NCBI GenBank assembly: GCA_045863855.1
Contig: BTVV01000008.1
Span: 40,668 to 104,667 of the forward strand
Source of the DNA: Planctomycetota bacterium
GTDB lineage: Bacteria > Planctomycetota > SZUA-567 > H5-PLA8
Reading direction: 5' to 3'
DNA length: 64,000 nt
The position numbers and the translations under genes were made by a program. Numbering within the stretch: position 1 is the stretch's first letter; each line of letters begins with the position of its first letter. The notes under the pieces are model-generated. The model was not told the origin of the DNA and made no database searches. It saw nothing but the letters and a program-made list of their open reading frames with translations. This document shows positions 9,570 to 19,304 of this stretch, piece by piece.

Positions 9570-10481
9570 TTACTTTTGGGTTACTAGATTCTCCTCGCCA
9601 CGCACCATTTTGCTGGGCGCCTTCCCCAAATACCGCTTGCAGCATGTCGCCAAGTGCTGCGACGAACAATACCCCAACCGCTCGGCCACCGAAGTGACGG
9701 TCGCGGCGTGGTCGCGCAGCATGGTTATGGCCTTTTTGAGCCGCTCGCGGTGCGCGTATTCCATCGGCGCCATGCCCACCTCGCGCACGAAGCAGGCGTG
9801 AAAGTGGCTCACGCTCATCCCCGACAAGCCCGCCAATTCTTTTACCGTCGGCCAGGGGCGGGGGAGGCCGTCGAGAAATTCCCGCGCGCGGCGGATACCC
9901 GGCGGAACGAAGCCTTCCGCTTCGTCGCCGGCCAGCGGCAGCATGACCAGCGTCGCGAGCATCTGCTGGATCAGCGCGCGCGCGTGCACCACGTCGAGCG
10001 ATCCGCAGGTACGCAGGTGTGCGAACAGCCGCTCGTAGTACGGCGTCAGCTTTTCCGCGCCGCGCAGGTGGCGATCCCTGAGCGCGTGGACGCGGCGGCA
10101 TAATTCGATGGCTTCGGCGCCGGGCAAATGCAGAAAGGACCGCGCCGCGCGGGACTTCGGCTTCGGGATGCGCAGCACGATCCAATAAATCTCGCACGGA
10201 TGCATCAATTCGTGCAGTCCGCCGTGCGGTTCGTCCGGCCATGTGAAGTAAACGTCGCCGCCGCGCAGCTCGTAGATGCGCTTCTGCGCCCACCACGTCA
10301 CGTGGCCGCGCACGATTAAGCAGATCTCGAATTGCCCCGGATGCTCGTGACGACCCAGCGAGCCTACCTTCGTAAAGGTTGCGTGCCCTAAGTGGTAAAA
10401 TTCCGGCAACGCCGCTACGCGTCCTTGCAGGGTCTGGCGTTGCGGCTTCTCGCTGTAGACCAGCGCCGGCGCCTTGGGCAC
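9570..10481 (-). CDS. AraC family transcriptional regulator
   Basis: N-terminal cupin (HEHPGQFEI...PDEPHG) and C-terminal double HTH (ELAGLSGMSVSHFHACF...VAERLGYCSSQHL..CKRYLGKAP). Confidence 0.9.
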   Translation of the reverse strand: MPKAPALVYSEKPQRQTLQGRVAALPEFYHLGHATFTKVGSLGRHEHPGQFEICLIVRGHVTWWAQKRIYELRGGDVYFTWPDEPHGGLHELMHPCEIYWIVLRIPKPKSRAARSFLHLPGAEAIELCRRVHALRDRHLRGAEKLTPYYERLFAHLRTCGSLDVVHARALIQQMLATLVMLPLAGDEAEGFVPPGIRRAREFLDGLPRPWPTVKELAGLSGMSVSHFHACFVREVGMAPMEYAHRERLKKAITMLRDHAATVTSVAERLGYCSSQHLATCCKRYLGKAPSKMVRGEENLVTQK

Positions 10482-10555
10482 GGTTCTCTGCCTCCGATGG
10501 GCACGATCCTACGGGAGCCCCGCGGCGGCGCAACCGTCGGCGTTCGTCGAAGCGG

Positions 10556-13282
10556 TTAGCCTTTGATCACGATATTGACCAGGCGGCCCTTCACGACGAT
10601 CACTTTGACGATCGTCTTGCCGGCCAGTTCCTTGGCCACGGCCTCTTGCGCGGCCTGCTTCATCGCGTCTTCGCCAGCGTCGGCGGGCACGCTCGTTTTA
10701 CCGCGCACTTTCCCGTTGACTTGAATCGCCAGTTCCAGGCTCGCGTCCTTGGTCTGTGCCTCGTCGAACGCCGGCCACGGCTCGAAGGCCAAGACTTTTT
10801 CGTGGCCCAATCGCCGCCACAATTCTTCGGCGATATGCGGTGCGAACGGCGCCAGAATCAAGACGAAGCGTTCGGCTTGCGATTTCCCCAGCTTCTCGGG
10901 CGCCTTCAGGCATTCGTTGACGAAGATCATCATCGCGCTGATGGCGGTATTGAACGCCATCCGCTCCAGGTCGTCGCCGACCTTCTTGATGGTTTTGTGC
11001 AGCGCGCGCTCCAATTCCGCGTCGCCGGTCTGGCCGTTCGACAGATTGGCGCGCAAGGCCCCCGCATTCGACTTGCTTTCGTCGTCCTCGACCACCAGCC
11101 GCCACGAACGCTGCAGGAAGCGAAAGACGCCCGGCACGTCGCGGGGGTTCCATGGCTTCGAGCCGTCCAGCGGACCGATGAACATTTCGTACAGGCGCAG
11201 CGTGTCCGCGCCGTACTCGTTTACTACGTCATCCGGATTAACGACGTTTTTCAGGCTTTTGGACATCTTGGCGGTAATCTGCTTCGCCGGTTGCCCCGTC
11301 GCCTTTACGACGAACCCTTGATCGCGTTCTTCTACCTCGTCGTTGGGAATCAAGCGTCCCGCTTCATCCTGATACGCGAACGCTGTAATCAAGCCCTGAT
11401 TGAACAAGCGCTGGAAGGGTTCCTTGGTGTGCACGTGCCCCAAGTCGTACAGCACCTTATGCCAGAATCGCGCGTACAGCAGATGCAGCACCGCGTGCTC
11501 CGCGCCGCCGACGTACAGATCGACCGGCATCCAGTAATTCTCGACCTCCGGGCGCCAGCCCTTCCGGTCGTTTTTCGCGTCCAAATAGCGCAGGTAATAC
11601 CAGCACGAACCCGCCCACTGCGGCATCGTATTGGTCTCGCGCCGCGCCTTCTTTTCGTTCGGCTTCAGCGCCTCGTCTGCGCGCCAGGGGCGCGTGCGCA
11701 CGACCTGCCCTTGCGCGTCCACCTCGGCGGCGACGTACAGCCAGTCCTTGGCTTTGCCCAAAGGCGGGTCGAACGTCCCGGTGGGCTTGAAGTCATCCAT
11801 CTCCGGCAGCCGCAGCGGCAATTCGCTTTCGGGAATTAACGTGTGCGAACCGTCTTCGAAATGCAGCACCGGAAACGGTTCGCCCCAGTAGCGCTGCCGG
11901 CTGAACAGCCAGTCGCGCAGGCGGTAATTGATCGTGCCCTTGCCTTGCCCGCGGCTTTCCAGCCACTGCGTGATCTTCTTCTTGGCCTCTGGCGTGTGCA
12001 GGCCCTCGATAGTCGGGCTGTTGAAGGCCACGCCATCGTCGGTGAAGAAGTCCGCGAACTCTTGCGGTGCCTTGCGGAAATGCGCGCGCAGCGTCTCCAC
12101 GGCGTTTGAATCCATGCTTTTCGGTGCATTGGTTTTTAGCCAACCGTCCGCCGGCATCACCACCGGCACGATCGGCAGCTTGTATTGAATCGCGAACTCC
12201 GCGTCGCGCGTATCGTGGGCCGGCACCGCCATGATCGCGCCGGTCCCGTAGCCCGTCAGCACATAATCGGCGATCCAGATCGGAATCTTTGCCTTCGGAT
12301 CGGACTTCTCGAAGACCGGATTGAACGCGTAGGCGCCGGTAAATACGCCCGTCTTTTCTTTGGCCAATTCGGTGCGCGCCAGATCCGATTTTTGGGCCGC
12401 CGCGCGCACGTAGGTATCCACCGCCGCCTTCTGGCCCGGCGTCGTCAGCTTCGACACCAGCGGATGTTCCGGCGCCAGAACCATGTAGGTCGCGCCGTAC
12501 AGCGTGTCGGGCCGAGTCGTAAAGACGCGGATCGAACCTTCCTTCGAGTCCGCAATCTCGAAATCCACCTCCGCACCTTCGCTTTTCCCGATCCAGTTGC
12601 GCTGCTGAATCTTGATCGACTCGGGCCAGTCCAGCGCTTCCAGATCGGTCAGCAATCGTTCGGCGTATTCGGTGATCTTCAACATCCACTGCTTCATCGG
12701 GCGGCGCACGCACGGATGGTCGCCGCGCTCGCTGCGCCCGTCGATCACCTCCTCGTTCGCCAGCACCGTGCCCAGCGCTTCGCACCACCACACCGGTACT
12801 TCGGCCAGATACGCCAGGCCCTTCTTGTACAACTGCATGAAGATCCATTGCGTCCAGCGGTAGTACTCGGGGTCCGTCGTATCCACTTCGCGGTCCCAGT
12901 CGTAGGAGAACCCCAGCGCCTGGATCTGCCGCTTCATGTTCGAGATGTTGCTTTGCGTCGTGATGCGCGGGTGCACGCCTGTCTGCACCGCGTACTGTTC
13001 GGCCGGCAGCCCGTACGCGTCCCAGCCCATCGGATGCAGAACCTGAAAGCCCTTCATGCGCTTGTAGCGCGCCAGGATATCCGTCGCGGTGTAGCCTTCC
13101 GGATGTCCGACATGCAGCCCCGCGCCGCTGGGGTAGGGGAACATATCCAGAATGTAATACTTCGGCTTTTTCGGATCGAATCCGGCGTCGCCGGGATTGG
13201 GCGTCTTAAACGTCCTCTGCGAGGCCCATACTTGCTGCCAATGGGGCTCGATCTCGCGGGGCGTGTACTTGGCGGAAGGCAT
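10556..13282 (-). CDS. leuS: Leucine--tRNA ligase
   Basis: [14 protein letters not shown] (HIGH), [14 protein letters not shown] editing domain, [12 protein letters not shown]. Confidence 0.98.
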   Translation of the reverse strand: MPSAKYTPREIEPHWQQVWASQRTFKTPNPGDAGFDPKKPKYYILDMFPYPSGAGLHVGHPEGYTATDILARYKRMKGFQVLHPMGWDAYGLPAEQYAVQTGVHPRITTQSNISNMKRQIQALGFSYDWDREVDTTDPEYYRWTQWIFMQLYKKGLAYLAEVPVWWCEALGTVLANEEVIDGRSERGDHPCVRRPMKQWMLKITEYAERLLTDLEALDWPESIKIQQRNWIGKSEGAEVDFEIADSKEGSIRVFTTRPDTLYGATYMVLAPEHPLVSKLTTPGQKAAVDTYVRAAAQKSDLARTELAKEKTGVFTGAYAFNPVFEKSDPKAKIPIWIADYVLTGYGTGAIMAVPAHDTRDAEFAIQYKLPIVPVVMPADGWLKTNAPKSMDSNAVETLRAHFRKAPQEFADFFTDDGVAFNSPTIEGLHTPEAKKKITQWLESRGQGKGTINYRLRDWLFSRQRYWGEPFPVLHFEDGSHTLIPESELPLRLPEMDDFKPTGTFDPPLGKAKDWLYVAAEVDAQGQVVRTRPWRADEALKPNEKKARRETNTMPQWAGSCWYYLRYLDAKNDRKGWRPEVENYWMPVDLYVGGAEHAVLHLLYARFWHKVLYDLGHVHTKEPFQRLFNQGLITAFAYQDEAGRLIPNDEVEERDQGFVVKATGQPAKQITAKMSKSLKNVVNPDDVVNEYGADTLRLYEMFIGPLDGSKPWNPRDVPGVFRFLQRSWRLVVEDDESKSNAGALRANLSNGQTGDAELERALHKTIKKVGDDLERMAFNTAISAMMIFVNECLKAPEKLGKSQAERFVLILAPFAPHIAEELWRRLGHEKVLAFEPWPAFDEAQTKDASLELAIQVNGKVRGKTSVPADAGEDAMKQAAQEAVAKELAGKTIVKVIVVKGRLVNIVIKG

Positions 13283-13561
13283 GGCACATCCTCATTCGGC
13301 GCACGAAACCAGTGCACGCTCGCGCCCATCCCGATGGGGGATCGCACGCGTGCCGCACACGAAGTAAGCGGAGCACTCTACCGAAAAGAGCGGACAGCGG
13401 CTAGCGCGAGAGGCTCGCGCTCGCGCGGAACGCTGCGCGAGCACGGTGGGCTCCCTTCGAGGATGCGCCCATCGAGCGGCGCTTGGAGGTGGGTGCGTGA
13501 CTCATGGGGGCACTCAACCCCGCCGCCGGAGCTTTGTCAATCCGCCCGGCGAGGAATAGTC

Positions 13562-13590
13562 TTGACAGCGGCACGAAGATGCCGACACTA
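13562..13590 (+). promoter_or_regulatory. Probable sigma70-type promoter for tRNA-Ala
   Basis: TTGACA at 13562-13567 followed by a weak -10 (GACACT) about 55 nt upstream of the tRNA. Confidence 0.4.
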
Positions 13591-13643
13591 AGACCCCGCG
13601 CCGGACCTTGACGGGTCCGGCGTTGAATTTCCAAAGCGTACGT

Positions 13644-13719
13644 GGGGCTGTGGCGCAGCTGGGAGCGCGCCTGCATGGCATGCAGGAGGTCAGGGGTTCG
13701 AACCCCCTCAGCTCCACCA
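13644..13719 (+). tRNA. tRNA-Ala (anticodon GGC)
   Basis: GGGGCTG acceptor stem with G3:U70, anticodon arm CCTGC-ATGGCAT-GCAGG, T-loop GGTTCGAACC, encoded CCA; 76 nt. Confidence 0.97.
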
Positions 13720-13735
13720 TTATAATTCCATACCG

Positions 13736-13768
13736 GCGGGGACCATTGCGGTCCCCGTTTTCTTTTGA
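13736..13768 (+). terminator. Intrinsic terminator after tRNA-Ala
   Basis: CGGGGACC-ATTGC-GGTCCCCG followed by TTTTCTTTT. Confidence 0.8.
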
Positions 13769-13836
13769 TTAGGCGGGCGCTTGAGGCGTCTAATCGCCGG
13801 CGGCATTACCCCAAACGAACTCAGGAGGTTCACGTC

Positions 13837-14625
13837 ATGCGTAAGGCCACGTGCTTGCTGGCGGCGGTGCTGGTCGTGGGGCTTTTTGCGCGGGAATTGC
13901 GCGCGGCGGACGAAGGCGGCGTCGCGCAATGGATGGCCGACTTCGCCGGAAACGACGCGGTCAAGCAGGAGGCCGCGGTCGAGGCCTTGCTCGAAAAGGC
14001 TGCTCAGGCCAAGCCCGCGATCGAGGAGGCGATCAAGAAGTCCGACGACGCCGGCTTGCGCGCGCGCTATCAGGGCGTGCTCGACCGCATGACGCAGGTC
14101 ACCGCGACGCTCGAAACCACGCTCGGGCCGATTCACGTCAAGCTCTTCGCTGCTCAAACGCCACTCACCTGCGCCAATTTCATCAACCTGGCGCGGCGGG
14201 GATTTTACGATGGATTGGCGTTCCATCGCGTCATCGACAACTTCATGATCCAGGGCGGCTGTCCGGAGGGCAACGGCATGGGCACGCCGGGCTATTCGTT
14301 CGAGGACGAGATCGTCGCCGACCTGAAGCACGCCAAGCCCGGCACGCTCTCCATGGCCAACGCGGGCAAGTCGACCAATGGGAGCCAGTTCTTCATCACG
14401 CATATCCCGACGGGCTGGCTGGACGGGAAGCACACCGTCTTCGGCGAGGTGCTCAACAAGGCCGATATGGATGTGGTGAACCGGATTCAGAAGGGGCACA
14501 AAATCGTTCGCGTGCGCATCTTTGGGGACACCTCGGCGCTCGAGGAGCAGACCAAAGACCGCATCGCGAAGTTCAACGCGGCGCTCGACAAGAATTTCGG
14601 GCACAAGCTCAAGCCGTTGAAGTAG
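13837..14625 (+). CDS. Exported cyclophilin-type peptidyl-prolyl cis-trans isomerase with N-terminal helical extension
   Basis: AGGAGG SD; signal peptide; [50 protein letters not shown]. Confidence 0.93.
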   Translation: MRKATCLLAAVLVVGLFARELRAADEGGVAQWMADFAGNDAVKQEAAVEALLEKAAQAKPAIEEAIKKSDDAGLRARYQGVLDRMTQVTATLETTLGPIHVKLFAAQTPLTCANFINLARRGFYDGLAFHRVIDNFMIQGGCPEGNGMGTPGYSFEDEIVADLKHAKPGTLSMANAGKSTNGSQFFITHIPTGWLDGKHTVFGEVLNKADMDVVNRIQKGHKIVRVRIFGDTSALEEQTKDRIAKFNAALDKNFGHKLKPLK

Positions 14626-14628
14626 GTC

Positions 14629-15270
14629 TTACAGGATCACCTGCCGCAGCGCCGCGAAGTCCGAGACTTCGTGGCGCGGCTGCAGCGCACGCAGCGTGGC
14701 CGGATCGCCCAGACCGTAGCTGACGTAGCAGAAGGCCAGCCCGGCGTTGCGCGCGCTCTCCCCGTCGGCCGGCCCGTCGCCCACCATCAGCGCCTCTCCG
14801 CTTACCCAGCCCAGTTCCCCCAGCGCGAAGCGCAGCGGCGCCGGATCGGGCTTCAGGCCCAGCGGGTTATCGCCTCCTACCACCACCGGCAGGTAGGGCG
14901 CGAGGTGCAATTCCTTCAAGAGCGCCACGGCGCTCGAGCCGGGCTTGTTCGTCACCACGCCCATGCGGCAGCCGGCGGCGTGCAGCGCCGCCAGCGTCTC
15001 CGGCACGCCGGGGTAGGGGCGCGTCAGGTCGGCCATATGCGCGGCGTAGTGAGCCAGATAACGGGCCAGTGCCCGCTCGCGCTCGTCGGGCTGCTCAAAT
15101 GCGCGTTCGATCAGCTTGTGCACCCCGTCGCCGACGAAGCGGCGCACCAGCGTGATCGGGTGCGGCGGGTGGCCGAACTCGGCGCGCGCCTTGTTTAGGG
15201 CTGCCGCAATATCGCCGACCGAATCGATCAGCGTCCCGTCGAGATCGAAAAGCACATAGGGATAGCGCAT
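14629..15270 (-). CDS. gph: Phosphoglycolate phosphatase-like HAD hydrolase
   Basis: FDLDGTLIDS, VVTNK, KPDPAP, MVGDGPAD HAD motifs I-IV. Confidence 0.85.
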   Translation of the reverse strand: MRYPYVLFDLDGTLIDSVGDIAAALNKARAEFGHPPHPITLVRRFVGDGVHKLIERAFEQPDERERALARYLAHYAAHMADLTRPYPGVPETLAALHAAGCRMGVVTNKPGSSAVALLKELHLAPYLPVVVGGDNPLGLKPDPAPLRFALGELGWVSGEALMVGDGPADGESARNAGLAFCYVSYGLGDPATLRALQPRHEVSDFAALRQVIL

Positions 15271-15433
15271 TCCTGAATGATACCGAATCTCCGCCCCAAA
15301 AACCCGGCACGCGTGCGTTTTTCGCTCTCAAGCGCCTCCTTTAGTGGGCCGATTCCTATAAGACCGGCGCTCGTGCCGAAGGCCGGGGAGATCTGCTGCT
15401 CTACGCGCCCCCACGCGAAGGAACCTAACCCCC

Positions 15434-17269
15434 ATGCCGTCGAACCGGAAACTTCCTGTGATTCTATCTCTAGGCGCCGCCGCGCTTTGCGGGCCGTGGG
15501 CGTGGGGTGGCGAGGCCGAAGGCCGGCTCGTCGCCAGCGCCCCCAGTACGCCTATCGCGCCGGTGTACGATCGCGCGCCGCGTGAGCGGACGCCCGCCGT
15601 CCAGCCGTTGTCGGCCGCGCCGGCCGTACGCGAACCCTTTCCGGAACCGATGTGGGGGCAAGTGAGTGCCGGACAGGTCAACGTGCGCACGGGTCCAAGT
15701 ACCGATTACGGCATTCTGGTGACGCTCAGCGGCGGCGACTACATCCACGCTTACGCGCGCCAAGGGGCCTGGCTCGAGATCGACTGGCCGGAAGCCTCGC
15801 CGGCCTGGATTTCCAAGGCGTTCGTGGACACGGACGGAACCGTAACGGGTGACCGGGTGCGCATTCGCGCGCGCGGGACGCTCCAGGCGCCGGTCCTGCG
15901 CGAAGCGCAACGCGGCGAACGCGTTCGCGTGCTGGGCGAGGCCGGAGATTGGCTCAAGATCGCGCCGCCCGAAAGCGCCCGCGCGTACATTCACGCCAAG
16001 TACACCGTGCTGGGCGTGCAAGGTCCGGCTTCGAGTTCCCCAGCGGCCGCGCCCGCGCCCATGGCTTCGGCCGCGCCGATTCAAGTGCTGCCGCCGGTCG
16101 AACCCGTGGCCGCTCCCGTTAACCAGCCGCCGCACCTCAACTTGACCGAATCCGCCGTGGCGGCGCTTCCGCCTATCGACGAACCGGCTCCGGCGGCGGC
16201 TTTGCCGGCCCAGCCCGAACCGGCCGAGCCTGCGGTTGCCGCGCTCGAATCGGCCGTGCCGGTGGTGGAAGCGCCCGTGGCGCGGATCGAACCTTCGCCT
16301 GCGCCGTCTGCGATTCCCGACGCGCCCGCTTCGCTCGCCGTCGCGCGCGCGGCCGCACCGGAGGTCGTCCCCGCATCCGAACCGGCCCTCGTGCCGGATC
16401 CAGCCGATCCGGTCAATCTGGTCGAAACCGCCACAACGGTTCCGGCTCCCGCGCCCAGCGCCGAAGTAGCACCGGCGGCGCCGCCGGAACCGGCCATCGC
16501 CGCAGCACCCGCACCTGAACCCCAGGCGGCCCCCGCGCCCGTCGTGGAGGCCTCCGCGCCGTTGAGCGCCCCGGTCCGCCCGCGCCCGGCACGTGATGTA
16601 GACCCCGTTTTCGGCGAACGTCTGCCCAAGCCGCGCGACGTAGCACCGGAAGAGGAAGCGAACTGGAACGCCGCGGCCGTCGAACCGGACGCGAAGCCCG
16701 ATCCGAGCCTGTACGCCGAACCGGCCGAAGGCGAACGCGAAGGCGGCCTGATTCAGAAGGTGCAGGGCGCCGCATCCACCGTCGGGTCGGCCTTCAAAAG
16801 CGCCGGGCATGAAGTGGCCGAATGGACCACCGGAACCGTCTCGAACGTGACTCCGGTCGTGACCGAGAACGTCAAGAAGGGCGCGGGCGTCGTGGCCGAG
16901 AGCGGTACGTCCGCCGGGCAGACGGTGGCCGGTGGCGTGACCAGCGGCTACACGAAGACCAAGGAGTTGGTCATCGGCACTCCCAAGCGCGCGAATCCGG
17001 ATGGCCCGGAAGCGCCGGTCGCCGCACAGAGCGCCGAGACGGTCCGCACCGCATCCGGCACGCTGGAAAGGATGCCGCTGGATGCCGCGAGCGGCGCGAG
17101 TTTCAAGCTGGTCAAGGACGGCGCGACGACGTGGTTCCTGATCCCCGAGCCCGGCGTGCAACTCGAAGGCTACGCCGGCCGGCGCATCGGGGTCGTCGGC
17201 TCCTCCGAAGCTGTCCCGTCGAGCGGCGCGCGGGTGATGAAAGTCAGCAGCGCGTTCACCATGGACTAA
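15434..17269 (+). CDS. Exported protein with two bacterial SH3 domains and a long Pro/Ala-rich linker
   Basis: Signal peptide; VNVRTGPSTDY...WLEI and VRIRARGT...GDWLKIAPP..AYIHAKY SH3b repeats; ~200 aa PA/E-rich linker; small C-terminal beta domain. Confidence 0.78.
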   Translation: MPSNRKLPVILSLGAAALCGPWAWGGEAEGRLVASAPSTPIAPVYDRAPRERTPAVQPLSAAPAVREPFPEPMWGQVSAGQVNVRTGPSTDYGILVTLSGGDYIHAYARQGAWLEIDWPEASPAWISKAFVDTDGTVTGDRVRIRARGTLQAPVLREAQRGERVRVLGEAGDWLKIAPPESARAYIHAKYTVLGVQGPASSSPAAAPAPMASAAPIQVLPPVEPVAAPVNQPPHLNLTESAVAALPPIDEPAPAAALPAQPEPAEPAVAALESAVPVVEAPVARIEPSPAPSAIPDAPASLAVARAAAPEVVPASEPALVPDPADPVNLVETATTVPAPAPSAEVAPAAPPEPAIAAAPAPEPQAAPAPVVEASAPLSAPVRPRPARDVDPVFGERLPKPRDVAPEEEANWNAAAVEPDAKPDPSLYAEPAEGEREGGLIQKVQGAASTVGSAFKSAGHEVAEWTTGTVSNVTPVVTENVKKGAGVVAESGTSAGQTVAGGVTSGYTKTKELVIGTPKRANPDGPEAPVAAQSAETVRTASGTLERMPLDAASGASFKLVKDGATTWFLIPEPGVQLEGYAGRRIGVVGSSEAVPSSGARVMKVSSAFTMD

Positions 17270-17432
17270 GCCTGGCTGGCCGAAGCGGCTGGGGCAGGGC
17301 CGTCGTCTTTTCCCTTCTTCCTAAGATCCTCTTTTTTCCGGTGCCGCGCGTTTCACCCATGGCGCAGCGAGCGGTTGGCTTGACGTCCGGCGTTTCGTGG
17401 CGGATAGTAGAAGGCCGCAAGCGGTACGGCGC

Positions 17433-17462
17433 CCCGCTTCGTAGAGACGAAGCGGGTTTTTT
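17433..17462 (+). terminator. Strong intrinsic terminator 40 nt upstream of asd
   Basis: CCCGCTTCGT-AGAG-ACGAAGCGGG followed by TTTTTT. Confidence 0.8.
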
Positions 17463-17501
17463 GTTGGGATTCGATTCCCTCGGAGCAAAGGCGGACACGG
17501 C

Positions 17502-18617
17502 ATGAGCGGGCAAGCCCCCTCACGGCCCTTGCGAGTGGCGGTGGTTGGAGCCACCGGCATTGCGGGCCAGCAGTTTCTCGCGGCGTTGGAAAGCCATCCC
17601 TGGTTTACGCTGAAACGCTTGGCGGCCAGCGAGCGCAGCGCCGGCAAAACGTACGCGGCGGCGATCACCGACAGCGCCAGCGGCGCCACGCGCTGGTATT
17701 GCGAGAAACCGTGCTCCAAGGCCTTCCTGGGCCTCAACGTCGAGCGCGCCGACCAGTTGATCCTGGACGACATCGACCTCGTCTTCACGGCTTTGGAATC
17801 CGACGCCGCTAAGGAAGTCGAGCCACTCTACGCGAAGAAAGTGCCGGTGGTCAGCACCGCCAGCGCCTTCCGCTACGAGGAAGATGTTCCGATCTTCCTG
17901 CCCGGCGTCAATCCGGACCACGCCAAGCTGATCGAGAAGCAGCGCAAAGCGCGCGGCTTCCAGGGCTTCATCACCCCCGGCCCCAACTGCACCACGGTGG
18001 GCCTGGCCCTCAGCTTAAAGCCGCTCTTCGATGCCTTCGGGGTGCAGAACGTCCTGATGACCAGCATGCAGGCCGTCAGCGGCGCGGGGCGCAGCCCCGG
18101 CGTCCTGGCGCTGGACATCATCGACAACATCGTGCCGTACATCCCCAAGGAAGAAGAGAAGGTCGAGAAGGAGACGCGCAAGATTCTCGGCGCGCTCAAG
18201 GACGGCGCGATCCAGCCGGCGAACTTCCGCGTCTCGGCCACCTGCACGCGCGTCAACGTGATCGAAGCGCACACCGAGTGCGTCAACGTGAGCCTCGGCA
18301 AAGCGGCCAGTCTCGATGAGGTCAAGCAAGTCTGGCGGCAGAGCTACGAGGAACTCCGCGGCATGAAGCTCCCTTCGTGCCCGCAGGAATTGCTGCACTA
18401 CACCGAAGAGCCCTTCCGCCCCCAGCCGCGCCTCGACCGCGACCGCGAAGGCGGCATGACCACCACCCTCGGACGGCTGCGCGAAGACAGCGTGCTGCCC
18501 CACGGGATCAAATACGTTCTGCTCAGCCACAACACCAAGATGGGCGCGGCCAAGGGCGCGATCCTCACCGCCGAATGGCTGATCGTGAAGGGCGCGATCA
18601 ACGCCGGCAGCCGCTAA
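17502..18617 (+). CDS. asd: Aspartate-semialdehyde dehydrogenase (archaeal/fungal-like clade)
   Basis: VVGATGIAGQ...HPWF, catalytic PNCTT, MQAVSGAG, DIIDNIVPYI, TCTRV, RPQPRLDRD, SHNTKMGAA. Confidence 0.93.
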   Translation: MSGQAPSRPLRVAVVGATGIAGQQFLAALESHPWFTLKRLAASERSAGKTYAAAITDSASGATRWYCEKPCSKAFLGLNVERADQLILDDIDLVFTALESDAAKEVEPLYAKKVPVVSTASAFRYEEDVPIFLPGVNPDHAKLIEKQRKARGFQGFITPGPNCTTVGLALSLKPLFDAFGVQNVLMTSMQAVSGAGRSPGVLALDIIDNIVPYIPKEEEKVEKETRKILGALKDGAIQPANFRVSATCTRVNVIEAHTECVNVSLGKAASLDEVKQVWRQSYEELRGMKLPSCPQELLHYTEEPFRPQPRLDRDREGGMTTTLGRLREDSVLPHGIKYVLLSHNTKMGAAKGAILTAEWLIVKGAINAGSR

Positions 18618-18646
18618 GCGGCCGCCGGTACAGGAACGGAGTACCC

Positions 18647-18680
18647 GCGGCGGGGGCGCAAGCTCCCGCCGCTTGGTTTT
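18647..18680 (+). terminator. Intrinsic terminator after asd
   Basis: GCGGCGGGGGC-GCAA-GCTCCCGCCGC followed by TTGGTTTT. Confidence 0.65.
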
Positions 18681-18709
18681 CAGGCTAGGCGATGGATGGG
18701 CGCGGCCGA

Positions 18710-19111
18710 TCAGCCGCCGAAGAGGTACAGGAAGCAGTAGGTCAAAAAGCCGGCGCAGAGCACCGAGCTGACGCCCAGCACCCATAAGCCCGTGGCGCCG
18801 CGCGCCCACCGTCCCAGCTTCGACTGCGCCTGCTGAGCGGCCACGACGACATGCGCGAGGCCCGTCTTTCCGGCCGTCTTGCGCTTGCCACGCCCCCGGC
18901 GCAGCGCGAACGCCTTGCGCGTGGACGAATCGGCACTCTGCAACAGCCCCGGCGTATCGATGCGATTCCGCCGCCGCCGCGTCCGCGACGAATCCGGCTT
19001 CCCGCGCAGGTCGTTGACCGTGGAGAGCGCTTCAAACTTCGAGTCCAGCTCCGGTTCGCCCGGCAACACGTCGGGCTCCTGAGGCGTAGGTGAGTTCTGA
19101 ATCATGGCCAT
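18710..19111 (-). CDS. Hypothetical protein with basic disordered region and C-terminal TM helix
   Basis: Arg-rich body and terminal hydrophobic segment LWVLGVSSVLCAGFLTYCFLYLF; start uncertain. Confidence 0.5.
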   Translation of the reverse strand: MAMIQNSPTPQEPDVLPGEPELDSKFEALSTVNDLRGKPDSSRTRRRRNRIDTPGLLQSADSSTRKAFALRRGRGKRKTAGKTGLAHVVVAAQQAQSKLGRWARGATGLWVLGVSSVLCAGFLTYCFLYLFGG

Positions 19112-19304
19112 GACGTCAACGGTTCCTAAGCGAGCAATCGCATACCATCTTACTGCACGAGTGCACCGCGCCAATACGAAACTCTGGAATCCTGTTCGGT
19201 TTCCATTTAGATAAACGCCGCACCCGTGCAAAAGTATAATAGATTCCGGATGGAATCTGTAAAGTTCGTCTGCTTATGCGGTTAAATATTTACTTCGGTG
19301 AGGT

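Noticed and set aside
13283..13500. T-box or Leu-rich attenuator upstream of leuS
   Set aside because: No T-box consensus and no Leu-codon run; only generic GC hairpins.
13644..13770. tRNA-Ala as an island integration site
   Set aside because: No integrase, no repeat of the tRNA 3' end seen in the window, and housekeeping genes on both sides.
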